From the NCBI GenBank assembly GCA_039815375.1, contig JBCBZJ010000010.1:1-64000 (forward strand): a stretch of DNA of 64,000 nt, written 5' to 3'. The notes beneath the pieces were generated by a model. That model ran no database searches. It worked only from the letters and a program-made list of their open reading frames with translations, and was not told where the DNA came from. How positions within the stretch are numbered: the first letter of the stretch is position 1; every line of letters starts with the position of its first letter. This DNA is from Verrucomicrobiota bacterium. GTDB taxonomy: Bacteria > Verrucomicrobiota > Verrucomicrobiia > Opitutales > Coraliomargaritaceae. This document shows positions 1-9,058 of this stretch, in pieces. A program made the position numbers and the translations under genes.

Positions 1-1050
1 ATTCTCATCGACTGCCTGAGGGCAACCGAGATAATACGAAGGCTCGTTCATGCTATCCGGAAGCAACAAGAAAAATGCTCCCGATTCAGATGAGACGGTG
101 AACGAATAACCATTGTATGCGACCAATTCGATAATATAGCGGCCTTTAGGAAAAACTTTCTCCCCCACACTTTGGACATCAAAAGCCTTAACTGAATGTC
201 CAGGTAACCTAAAATATGAAAACGGCTCTAATTCTGGCTCTTCGTAAATGTTACCCGTTGGAAACATTCTATATGGAATAATATCGATTGAATGAGCGGA
301 CATTTTGCTAAATCTGAGCGTCTTCTGGCCAATCTGCTTCTTCCCAACGATAGTCAGAGGCAGTCCATTTGAACCCTCCGTGTTGACTTCGCCTTCCAGC
401 TTTTTTGACTTCAACCGACTCAAGGCCCGCGCATGCGCTTTAAGATCGCTTCGAAAAGAGTATGCTTGCGGATAGCCACTCGTAACTGACTTGACCTCCT
501 GCGTTAGGGGTAATCGCCCTTTTTCATCCCTTGCAAGCTCAGCTCCAGAAAAATAGAGCAGAGGAATTTCTGCTGCTTGCCTCATCAGATCGCGGTTTTT
601 TGAATTAATTAAGTAATCGTTTGAGACTTGGACGACTACCTGTTTTCGAAGCATTTCGTTCTGCTCGTTATAAAGGGATTCATAGGTAAATAGGTCCTCG
701 TATTCAAAACTACTGGACACTTTCAGTATCGCATCAATGTAAGCTCCTACACTAGGCAAGATGACTCCACTGTTCAAAGGCGACATCGTGTAGACCTCCA
801 AATATGGCCCAACGCCCTTCAAGGTAGACTCCTTATCTACGACCCTCCGATATTCATTCCCACTCGAATCCGAAAACTGCAATACAAGCAGTTGTTCCTT
901 TTTTGCATTATTAATAAACTCACGAACATCATTAGAGCCCACTATTCTGAAGGTTGCCAAACCGTTGCTCACAATGCTTACTGGAATTTCACCATTCGCA
1001 ACTACTGCGATCAGAAGGGTGCATAAAGCAAAAACAAGTTTTTTCACCAT
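1..1050 (-). CDS. Uncharacterised exported protein, >350 aa, runs off the left edge of the window
   Basis: Not in the ORF track. I read the frame by hand and it is stop-free from ATG 1050 to position 1. The N-terminus MVKKLVFALCTLLIAVVANG-EIP looks like a signal peptide. The start overlaps the viperin stop (ATGGTGA). Confidence 0.8.
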   Translation of the reverse strand, partial: MVKKLVFALCTLLIAVVANGEIPVSIVSNGLATFRIVGSNDVREFINNAKKEQLLVLQFSDSSGNEYRRVVDKESTLKGVGPYLEVYTMSPLNSGVILPSVGAYIDAILKVSSSFEYEDLFTYESLYNEQNEMLRKQVVVQVSNDYLINSKNRDLMRQAAEIPLLYFSGAELARDEKGRLPLTQEVKSVTSGYPQAYSFRSDLKAHARALSRLKSKKLEGEVNTEGSNGLPLTIVGKKQIGQKTLRFSKMSAHSIDIIPYRMFPTGNIYEEPELEPFSYFRLPGHSVKAFDVQSVGEKVFPKGRYIIELVAYNGYSFTVSSESGAFFLLLPDSMNEPSYYLGCPQAVDEN

Positions 1051-1955
1051 GAGTAGATTCCTCCGCGCGCTTCAAGTTTTCCAGCCGAATAATTCATGTT
1101 AACAAAATCCTCCGCCATAGAATCTGATAAGAAACTCTGGTAATATCGCCGAATTCCAAGTGCTCTTCCATTCGGTTGAGTGACCATACGGTTGTCATAC
1201 GGTGCCCCGAAAGGATCCAACATTCTATACGATCCATTCATATCGCTATTATCTTCTGGAACTATGGAAATACCGATTTCTTCGAGGCATCGGTGACGCT
1301 CTACATATGATTCGAAATCATCCTGAGACAGGAAAAGCTCGGGATCCACTCGCTCCCCTTCCACGACGAGATATTGGAAGACCTTCCATCTTTCGGGCAT
1401 AGAAACCTCTACAACCGTTGTCATGTCATCCGCATAGTTCAGCGCAGTTACGACCGTGTTGAGCTTAAATCGGATTCCATTGGTTTTTGCCTGCGAGCTG
1501 ATCCGGCCTGCTCGCTCTACAGGATCATAATTCCCGCGACCCAAACGACTTTGTAAAGCTTGCGTAGAAGCATCCACACTTAGTCCCACCCAATCCAACC
1601 GGCCAGCGAACCGTTCTGCCGTGTCTTCCTTCCAGAAATGCCCATTCGTAATGAGCATCGTGGTCAGCCCGACACTCTTGGCATGATAAACCCAACTGAA
1701 AAGATGCTCATGGAGTAAAGGCTCTCCGCCAGCGAAAGTCAGCTTTTGGCAACCCAAATCCTTGAGTCGATCAATAATCCTCCAACCATCGGATTCACAT
1801 ATTCGACTCGCTTTCGGCGCACTGGCAAAAGTAGCAAAGCAAAATCTGCAACGGTAATTACAGATTTCAGTAATATGCCAATTCACTGATACCCAGCTAT
1901 TCAGTGATAAGGATTTTACAGATCCCGAGACTAGAGACTGATGATCTTTCAACAA
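1044..1955 (-). CDS. Prokaryotic viperin (pVip/RSAD2-like radical SAM antiviral ddhNTP synthase)
   Basis: SVNWHITEICNYRCRFCF (CxxxCxxC), KLTFAGGEP, FKLNTVV, RWKVFQ and PEDNSDMNGSYRMLDP match viperin-family motifs. An SD-like AAGGGAGAGGGG lies upstream of the TTG start. Confidence 0.88.
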   Translation of the reverse strand: MLKDHQSLVSGSVKSLSLNSWVSVNWHITEICNYRCRFCFATFASAPKASRICESDGWRIIDRLKDLGCQKLTFAGGEPLLHEHLFSWVYHAKSVGLTTMLITNGHFWKEDTAERFAGRLDWVGLSVDASTQALQSRLGRGNYDPVERAGRISSQAKTNGIRFKLNTVVTALNYADDMTTVVEVSMPERWKVFQYLVVEGERVDPELFLSQDDFESYVERHRCLEEIGISIVPEDNSDMNGSYRMLDPFGAPYDNRMVTQPNGRALGIRRYYQSFLSDSMAEDFVNMNYSAGKLEARGGIYSW

Positions 1956-2271
1956 AGAATCGTCCCCTCTCCCTTAAAAGATAAAAGCATCGAATAAACA
2001 AATCTCCGAAGCGTATTTTCTGTTGATCGTGAATAATTATCCAAGTCCCAACTTTTCATTGGTCTATAAATAAGCGCTTTATATGCCAACTACTACTCTA
2101 ACCAATTTTTTGCTATTATTTACCAAATATGCGTTAGAAAAACAGACAAAATGTTTTCTGGATGATTGGTATTATGATAATAATACTGAAGCGATTGAAA
2201 AAATTTCAAAAGCCTTTGCATCAAATAACAAAGAACTACATGAATGCTCGAAAATTCGAATCGAGTTTACT

Positions 2272-2778
2272 TTATTTATCTAAAGGGATCGTCGATCGAT
2301 CAAATTCTAATCGCTCCGGTGCCCATGCCGGCGCACAGGTCACAATCATGTGGAGATCCTCGTCCGTGTCGTTCTTGATGTTGTGCCATTGATGCGGTGC
2401 CAAAACCACGGCCTGCCCGGCCTTCACTAACACGGTCTCATCTTCGACTATCATCACGGCTTCACCCTTCGTGATATAGTAGACCTCTTCCATTACATGA
2501 TGGTGCGGCACGACTTCGACCCCGGCAGGAATAATGATTTCAGCGATGCTCATGGCTCTTGCCTTTGAGTTCCGAGGACTTGCGATCTCGCGCGCTACAG
2601 CCTTGTCGGCCGCCTCATACCAGAGCTGCTCCTCCAGCACGACCACCTGCAAGGCTGGGTGCTCCTTGTCTTTGACTGGAGCGGCATGATCGCTGTGAGC
2701 TAGAGCTGCAAAATTAAAAAATAAACTGAATACTAGAAGTAGACAGTGTTTTTCGATGGGATCTGGTTTGAATGTCAT
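2272..2778 (-). CDS. Cupin domain protein with probable signal peptide
   Basis: Cupin motifs PHHHVMEEVYYITKG and PHQWHNIKN, plus a hydrophobic N-terminus ending AALA. Start moved to ATG 2778, downstream of the terminator and the sigma-54 box. Confidence 0.8.
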   Translation of the reverse strand: MTFKPDPIEKHCLLLVFSLFFNFAALAHSDHAAPVKDKEHPALQVVVLEEQLWYEAADKAVAREIASPRNSKARAMSIAEIIIPAGVEVVPHHHVMEEVYYITKGEAVMIVEDETVLVKAGQAVVLAPHQWHNIKNDTDEDLHMIVTCAPAWAPERLEFDRSTIPLDK

Positions 2779-2789
2779 CTCACACTGGA

Positions 2790-2806
2790 AGCATAGAGAA
2801 TACCAG
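2790..2806 (-). promoter_or_regulatory. Sigma-54 type -24/-12 promoter of the cupin gene
   Basis: CTGGTATTCTCTATGCT = GG-N10-GC; the C is 13 nt before ATG 2778. Confidence 0.6.
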
Positions 2807-2838
2807 AGCCACCTCGGAATCGACTGAGATCCAGACAA

Positions 2839-2871
2839 TAAAAAAGCGGCAGGTCAGACCCTGCCGCTTTT
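2839..2871. terminator. Intrinsic terminator after the TonB receptor (possibly bidirectional)
   Basis: Stem AAAAGCGGCAGG / CCTGCCGCTTTT with flanking A and T runs. Confidence 0.85.
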
Positions 2872-2899
2872 GCAATTTAAATTCAAATGCGCGATATCC

Positions 2900-5347
2900 T
2901 TACCAAGAGTAACGAACACTGAACTCGTAGCTGCGCTCAGGACGAGCCACGATAGAGCCGTTCGCATAACCGGTGTTCGGAAGGTCCCAATTCTCTTCAT
3001 CCGTAAGATTGAAAACAGAGGCCTCGAAGCGCCAGTTCTCCCATTCGTAGAAGATCTTGGCATCAATTTCAAACTGAGCATCAAGTTTTGGAGAGCGAAC
3101 CACCGTATTGCCTGCCGCGTCACCACCACCATCAATGATAGCGCCGTCATAACCCACTTCCATGGAAGAAGTGTAGACGAGGTTGGCTTGAAGGCCGATA
3201 CCATTATCAAACTGGTATTGCACAAGGGCGTTCAAGAGATGTGGCGGAACACCAGGGTTCTCGAAGGTTTGTCCTGGAGCAATTGCCGGGAAGGTCGGTG
3301 TGATGAAGAAACCACCCGTATCGCCAGCATCAGCAGCAGTATAAGAAGTTGCGAAGAAACCAGCTGTCCGCTCAGAATCGAGGAACGAGTATCCGATCGT
3401 TGCGAAGAAATTACGGTTCGGCTGATAGTTAAACTCGATTTCGAAACCATCGGTTTCAACAGTATCGATCGTCCCATCCTGGTTACGTGTCGTATACTCC
3501 TGATGGAAGAGCGCAGCCCCTATATAGGCCTTACCGTCGAACAGGGATATGTTGGATCCAAGTTCGATGAGCTCAGTTTCAAGTCCCTCAAGAGCATCCT
3601 GATTGATCGCACCACCAGTATTATTGTCGTAGTGCTCACCCTCGTTATAGGTGAAGTAAACCGAGCTGTCTTCCGTCGGCTTGTAAACGAAGGAGATATT
3701 GTAGTTGTAGAAGTTAGCACTGGAATCGTCCTTTGAGTAATCCAGATCGGTTATGGTGTCATCATCCTTATTGCCTGGAATAAAGTTTGTTCCGTCATAG
3801 ATTCCAGAGGTGCCATTCTTATCCAAAGCTTTGACTGCACTCGGGATACCTTCCTTGTGCTCCAGGTAATCGATCGTGGCCCCTAATAAAATGGAAAACT
3901 TGTCGTTTACTTCAATATCGGCTTGGAAGAAAGGTGAGTAAATAAAGCTCTCCGTATCAAAGGCTTCTAGGCCATCAGCAGAAAACCCGCCTACATACCA
4001 GTAGTCGAGGACACCACGTGGGTCTCTATCATAGATAAAACCTTCGAAGGAAGAATCAGGAACGCGGAATAAATTCGGATCGCGCGTCATATCGTAATAG
4101 TTGACCGGCTCGTTAAAGAAGTGGTTAACCGATTCGATTTCCTGATACTTAAGGCGGAAACCATAGGTTAGCTCAATCTTGTCATCGAAATCCTGAATAA
4201 CCTGAAAGCGGTTTTCAGCCGACCAGTTATCCGGCATATACTCTGAGTAGTGATACGAGCTGAAAGTTTCGCGATCCTTGTAATGGAAGTAAGTATTGTT
4301 GGTAAACTTCAGTGTGTCTGAAACAACATACTCGTGGATACCCTGAAGCCAAAAGACCTCAGCATTCGAGTCATCACCCGGCGCAGAAAGTTTTCCTTCC
4401 CGACGGACTGAGACCGGGTTATTCAGGTCAAGTTCAATACTACCGAAGTTACCAAATCCAACCGGTGGATTCGCAGTGTAGTTGGCATTGTAATCTGCAT
4501 CAGAGCCAACATTCGGAATATAAAGGCCGTCATCGATCAAATCCTGAGTAGGACGATTGATCCCCCAATTTTCGGTGTAGTTGCCTTTGTAGTATTCGCC
4601 CATGATGTCGAAACGGTATTTCTCGTTTGGACGATAGACGAAAGTCGCATAGACGGACTGACTCTTGTCATACCAACGGTCCCAAAAACCATCCCACTCC
4701 TTCAATTGGACCGATGTTCTGAATGCCATCGTGTCACTCAGGGCAATATTGGCATCAAAATCGAGCGTATGCTGGTCAAACGTTCCGTAAGTATATTCAA
4801 CACTACCGCCATTGTCGAAATAGGCGCGCTTCGTAATCAAGTCGGCATATCCACCGACATAGTTCGACGTGCCGAAGACCGCACCAGCTGGACCTTTGAC
4901 GATGTTAACAGATTCAACCGAATTAAAGTTAATTGGGACACCGTTGCCGTTGATTGAGTGACCACGACGAACGCCATTGATTAGCAGATCGGCTTCCTGG
5001 CCACGAAGATTCGGTGTGGTAGGTGCACCAAAATTTGTCTTTGTGTAAGAGGAGGAGGTGAGCTTGGAAAAGTCACGAACATCCTTAATCGAAATCGCGT
5101 CCAGTTGCTCACGGGAAACGATATTCACATTACGTGGTGTATCGAGAATCGAACGATCTGTGCCATAAACGGAAGAAATCGGACGGGTTGTGGCAAGAAT
5201 ACTCTCCTCAATGGGAATATCTTCGGCCTGAGCTTCATCTAAAATAATGAGATCTTCTTCTCCCGGGTCCTGACCGTTCAAAGCGCTCGCAGTGAACGCT
5301 GCGGCTGCAATTAAGCCTGCAGTTAGCTGTAGCTTGATAATTTTCAT
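2900..5347 (-). CDS. TonB-dependent outer-membrane receptor, probably for nucleosides/purines
   Basis: Signal peptide, plug motifs (DTPRNVNIVSREQL, NLRG, ESVNIVKGP), C-terminal NLTDE...ERSYEFSVRYSW. Substrate is inferred from neighbouring genes. Confidence 0.92.
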   Translation of the reverse strand: MKIIKLQLTAGLIAAAAFTASALNGQDPGEEDLIILDEAQAEDIPIEESILATTRPISSVYGTDRSILDTPRNVNIVSREQLDAISIKDVRDFSKLTSSSYTKTNFGAPTTPNLRGQEADLLINGVRRGHSINGNGVPINFNSVESVNIVKGPAGAVFGTSNYVGGYADLITKRAYFDNGGSVEYTYGTFDQHTLDFDANIALSDTMAFRTSVQLKEWDGFWDRWYDKSQSVYATFVYRPNEKYRFDIMGEYYKGNYTENWGINRPTQDLIDDGLYIPNVGSDADYNANYTANPPVGFGNFGSIELDLNNPVSVRREGKLSAPGDDSNAEVFWLQGIHEYVVSDTLKFTNNTYFHYKDRETFSSYHYSEYMPDNWSAENRFQVIQDFDDKIELTYGFRLKYQEIESVNHFFNEPVNYYDMTRDPNLFRVPDSSFEGFIYDRDPRGVLDYWYVGGFSADGLEAFDTESFIYSPFFQADIEVNDKFSILLGATIDYLEHKEGIPSAVKALDKNGTSGIYDGTNFIPGNKDDDTITDLDYSKDDSSANFYNYNISFVYKPTEDSSVYFTYNEGEHYDNNTGGAINQDALEGLETELIELGSNISLFDGKAYIGAALFHQEYTTRNQDGTIDTVETDGFEIEFNYQPNRNFFATIGYSFLDSERTAGFFATSYTAADAGDTGGFFITPTFPAIAPGQTFENPGVPPHLLNALVQYQFDNGIGLQANLVYTSSMEVGYDGAIIDGGGDAAGNTVVRSPKLDAQFEIDAKIFYEWENWRFEASVFNLTDEENWDLPNTGYANGSIVARPERSYEFSVRYSW

Positions 5348-5390
5348 TGTTGGTTGTGTGTTAAGTTGCTGCTAGTCTTGAAGGACCACC

Positions 5391-5407
5391 AGCATCACTT
5401 GTGCCAA
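5391..5407 (-). promoter_or_regulatory. Sigma-54 promoter of the TonB receptor
   Basis: TTGGCACAAGTGATGCT is close to the consensus TGGCAC-N5-TTGC. Confidence 0.75.
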
Positions 5408-5465
5408 ATCCTGACCACCCCCATTTTATTAACAGAATCCTATGGATGACAGTGGTGCTTCATCA

Positions 5466-5482
5466 GTGGTATGTCTTTTGCT
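5466..5482 (+). promoter_or_regulatory. Sigma-54 promoter of the LOG gene
   Basis: GTGGTATGTCTTTTGCT = GG-N10-GC; the C is 13 nt before ATG 5494. Confidence 0.65.
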
Positions 5483-5493
5483 AGTTGCAGCAT

Positions 5494-6567
5494 ATGCCTA
5501 AAGTAAGACTATCCGGAACCATCTTTGGAAGTAAAGACCCCAATCGAGAGATTAGAGCACGCATTTTATACCACTTATTCGCAACAGGTTGGGATATTGA
5601 CAATTCCAATGGAGACCAACGAATAACGCTCAATAACATTGAAGCGACAATCATCGAATCAGATGCTTTTGTCTTCATGCCAGGCGCAGAAATGGACGAC
5701 CTTTTCAAGGCCATTTCAATATTTGTGGGCTACCAGACCCTTGATCCGAATCTCTCGAACAAAGCGACCGTCATCATGAATTCGGATGCATCCTGGAATC
5801 CTCTCTTTGACTTGTTCAACGATTTGGAACGTCTGGGAACGATTCGTCAGAATTACCGAAAGTTTCTTCTACCTGCCGATTCGCCGGATGAAGTCGTCAG
5901 CCAGTTAGAGCGCGTTGCAGCGGAGGGCGTTCCCGACCCTGGACGATCCATGCACGGGCATGGGACGCAGGGCGAATCCTTCGAAACGCCTCTTCCTAAA
6001 GATAACCGCGGAAACGTCTGCGTCTTCTGCTCCGCCAGCATTGAAGACACGGATTACCTCAATGATGGCTATAAACTAGGAAAACAGATTGCGGAATCAG
6101 GCTTCGGGTGCGTTTCGGGTGCAGGCACTACAGGCGTGATGGGAACGGTGGTTCAGGGCTCCGTGGAGGCAGGAGGATGGACTGGCGGCTCCAACGTGCC
6201 TCACATCATCGAGATCGAAGGACTGCCTAACGGTCTTTCCAGTTTTTGGCTAAAGCCCGACATTTACACGCGAATGGAAATCATGATCGAGCGCTCCGAC
6301 GCCTTTATCATTTTCCCCGGGGGTGCCGGTACAGTCCAGGAGATGCTTGCACTACTCATTTTCAAGCAAATGGATCACGAGCTTATGCGAGGCAAACCCA
6401 TCGTTATTTTCAATCGCACTAATCCTGATGGAGAGACCCGCTTCTGGGATAAGCTGGTTGAGATGCTCGTGCCCTGGCAATCGGAACAGCTCTTTACCGT
6501 GGTCAACGACTTGGATCAACTTATGCCCGAAATCGAATCAATGCTCGAATCAGTGCCTTCATGCTGA
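5494..6567 (+). CDS. LOG-family nucleotide phosphoribohydrolase with two tandem LOG-like domains
   Basis: The C-terminal domain has VCVFCSAS, GVMG and FPGGAGTVQE (PGGxGTxxE). The N-terminal half has a degenerate copy (SDAFVFMPGA). Confidence 0.85.
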   Translation: MPKVRLSGTIFGSKDPNREIRARILYHLFATGWDIDNSNGDQRITLNNIEATIIESDAFVFMPGAEMDDLFKAISIFVGYQTLDPNLSNKATVIMNSDASWNPLFDLFNDLERLGTIRQNYRKFLLPADSPDEVVSQLERVAAEGVPDPGRSMHGHGTQGESFETPLPKDNRGNVCVFCSASIEDTDYLNDGYKLGKQIAESGFGCVSGAGTTGVMGTVVQGSVEAGGWTGGSNVPHIIEIEGLPNGLSSFWLKPDIYTRMEIMIERSDAFIIFPGGAGTVQEMLALLIFKQMDHELMRGKPIVIFNRTNPDGETRFWDKLVEMLVPWQSEQLFTVVNDLDQLMPEIESMLESVPSC

Positions 6568-7383
6568 AGCCACGAAGTAGTTCGAAAGTTCTCCAATGCA
6601 GTCGATCTCGATTCGAACCTCGTCGCCTGGAGCAAGAAAGCGCTTTGGCTCCATCTTGACTCCTGTGCCCGCAGGTGTGCCGGTCAAAATAACCGTGCCA
6701 GGATACAAGGTGTTACCGGACGACAGGTAAGCAATGATTTCAGGAATCGAGAAAATCAATGAGGACGTATTATCGTTCTGGCGTAGTTCGCCATTGACAA
6801 AAGTCTTCACCGAAAAGAACGGATCCCCTGATACATCTTCAGCGGAAAGGACACAAGGACCAAGCGGACAAAAGTCGTCCAGATTCTTACCTCGGACCCA
6901 CTGCCCTCCAGCCCCGTTTCGTTGCAGGTCGCGAGCTGTCAGATCATTTGCAATAGTGTAGCCAAATACATAATCCAAGGCCTCTTCCGGGCAAACATTC
7001 CGGGCGGGTCGACCAATAATAATCGCGAGCTCACCTTCATAATCGACTTCAGAACTAACTTCCGGCGGCGGCAGCCGAACAGTTGCACCCGGTCCGACCA
7101 CAGTAGTCGGTGCCTTCATCACAACAACAGGAGTATCCCCAAGCTCTTTTCGCGCGGCAGCAGGATCCGGCGCATAATTGTAACCGATGATATAAACTGC
7201 CGGTGGTGCGACCGGGGCAAGCAACTGCTCAACCTCAACTACATTTCCAGTCGAAGCGAACTCTGGAAAGGATCCCGACAGTGCAGAGAAAGTAACACCG
7301 TCTTCCGACTCGGCGTAAGACTCTCCACCTCCCTGAATGACGACGCGATAAATCTTGTTGAGCATGAGATGATTCAAAGGCAC
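6559..7383 (-). CDS. Fumarylacetoacetate hydrolase (FAH) family protein
   Basis: Motifs GYNY, DYEGELA, GYTIANDLTARDLQ, GKNLDDFCPLGP, TGTPAG. The start may be ATG 7365. Confidence 0.92.
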   Translation of the reverse strand: MPLNHLMLNKIYRVVIQGGGESYAESEDGVTFSALSGSFPEFASTGNVVEVEQLLAPVAPPAVYIIGYNYAPDPAAARKELGDTPVVVMKAPTTVVGPGATVRLPPPEVSSEVDYEGELAIIIGRPARNVCPEEALDYVFGYTIANDLTARDLQRNGAGGQWVRGKNLDDFCPLGPCVLSAEDVSGDPFFSVKTFVNGELRQNDNTSSLIFSIPEIIAYLSSGNTLYPGTVILTGTPAGTGVKMEPKRFLAPGDEVRIEIDCIGELSNYFVASA

Positions 7384-7388
7384 TGGCG

Positions 7389-9029
7389 CTATTTTTCAAG
7401 CGGTGGCGAAGCGTCCTCAGCAGGTTGGTCAAAAGCCGGGCCCGGCCCATGGACCTTTTCATATCCGGTAACAAAAACCATATGGACCAAATAAAGCAGA
7501 GCGATCGATAGCAGGTATCCAAAGACCCATTGCCATGCAGGACCTAACTGCGTCGTGATGTCAGTCGGAAGAATCTGATAGTGGTGGGTAACACCCACTA
7601 GCGCGAGCCCGGCACCGGCAGCAAGCCAGCCCATCACCGCGTTGAAATTCCGGTCAATGATCGCCGCCATTACCGAAGTGAACATGATCGAACAATAGAG
7701 CCAGCCCTGCTCGAGCGCAAAAACACCCTGCGCAAAGAGATTTCCCTTCTCCGTCATTAAGGTGAAAAGCTCACTCGAATAGGGCTGCCCATCGGCACCA
7801 TAGCCCACTGCACCCAGCACCCGTTTTGTGATGAGTGCGGCAAAGGCACCGATCCCGGGAATGATTCCGGCAATCACGGCTGGCGCGTGGATTCGAGGCA
7901 CAGCTTGGAAAGCCTGCGCGCCGATGGTGAAACCCACCCAGATCAAAATCGCCATCCCCGCCTCGATTGGAATGAACTGTGACAGCAAGCCGATGCTACC
8001 GGTAAAGCAGAGCAGCGACATCACAACACCATTCATTAACGAGTAGCCCGCACGCGCACCGATTTGCTTCATTCCCAGATGACCAATATAAAGCGTGGTT
8101 GGAAAAGGAGAACCGAGAAAGCCCGCCATCATGGTGCCAGCTCCATTCACAACCAACGTTTCGCGGGGCTCAAAATCGTCACCTGCAGCTGCTGCCGACT
8201 CGATCGCCTGCATCGAACCGATCACATTAATCAGACCCATCGGCAGAATAATAGCCGCATAGGAGAGCATCTCACCCAGCGCACCGAGCGCACTGAAACC
8301 GTAAAAGCCCGGCAGGTGCACACCCATCTGCAAGCCGGAATCGGAAAGTAAATCAACCGGACTCGCCATCCCGAAAGCGTGCGTGAGCCAGGAAACTCCT
8401 ATCCCAACAATAAGCACGATAAGACCGCCCGGAAAATTCCCCCTCAAACGCACTCCGCCATAGAAGAAATAGAGTGTCAGCAAGAGCGTAGGGATCCCAA
8501 CCAAAGGAAATGTCCAGGCCCTGAAACAATAGTCCGCAGCGATAAAGAAGATGCCGATCACAGCAAGGGCCGAAAGCATCGCAGCACGCGGAGCGACGGC
8601 ACGGAGTTTATGGACGAAAAAGGCACCGATCACCTCAATCAAACCCGAGCCCAAACAGGCGATCACACCAGCCTTCCATGCGATTAGGTCTGCCTCTTCT
8701 TTGCTCAAACCCTTCGAGAGCGCAATCTGCTGGGCAGGCAACATAACATAGAACACAAAAAAGAAGATTGGCAGAAGGTTGATACCATAAGGCAGCGCGG
8801 TGATATCGTCGCGACCCAACTTTGTCCCCACTCGCTTCGCCTGCCATGCATAGAAAACATTCCCAAGCAGAATGCCGATCGCCATCGCTGGCAGGATACG
8901 CTCCGCCACCATCTCAACACTGAAGCCGAGCACAAATAAGCTCAGGTTCACAATCAAAAGAAAATTGATGAAGTTATTAAGCCCAAGGCCAAAGAACCCA
9001 TCCATATCACCCTTAACGAACCACTTCAT
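7389..9029 (-). CDS. NCS2/AzgA-like nucleobase (xanthine/uracil-type) permease
   Basis: About 13 hydrophobic helices; motifs GDMDGFFGL, TALPYG, ESAAAAGD, PFPTTLYIGH. Confidence 0.85.
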   Translation of the reverse strand: MKWFVKGDMDGFFGLGLNNFINFLLIVNLSLFVLGFSVEMVAERILPAMAIGILLGNVFYAWQAKRVGTKLGRDDITALPYGINLLPIFFFVFYVMLPAQQIALSKGLSKEEADLIAWKAGVIACLGSGLIEVIGAFFVHKLRAVAPRAAMLSALAVIGIFFIAADYCFRAWTFPLVGIPTLLLTLYFFYGGVRLRGNFPGGLIVLIVGIGVSWLTHAFGMASPVDLLSDSGLQMGVHLPGFYGFSALGALGEMLSYAAIILPMGLINVIGSMQAIESAAAAGDDFEPRETLVVNGAGTMMAGFLGSPFPTTLYIGHLGMKQIGARAGYSLMNGVVMSLLCFTGSIGLLSQFIPIEAGMAILIWVGFTIGAQAFQAVPRIHAPAVIAGIIPGIGAFAALITKRVLGAVGYGADGQPYSSELFTLMTEKGNLFAQGVFALEQGWLYCSIMFTSVMAAIIDRNFNAVMGWLAAGAGLALVGVTHHYQILPTDITTQLGPAWQWVFGYLLSIALLYLVHMVFVTGYEKVHGPGPAFDQPAEDASPPLEK

Positions 9030-9058
9030 AGTCTGATAGTTAGCAAATTATGGACCAA

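Noticed and set aside
2083..2283. 66 aa AT-rich ORF, and a 36-codon minus-strand ORF ending at the viperin start
   Set aside because: No motif or clear RBS; cannot be distinguished from chance ORFs.
2870..3736. 288 aa plus-strand ORF
   Set aside because: Antisense shadow of the TonB receptor.
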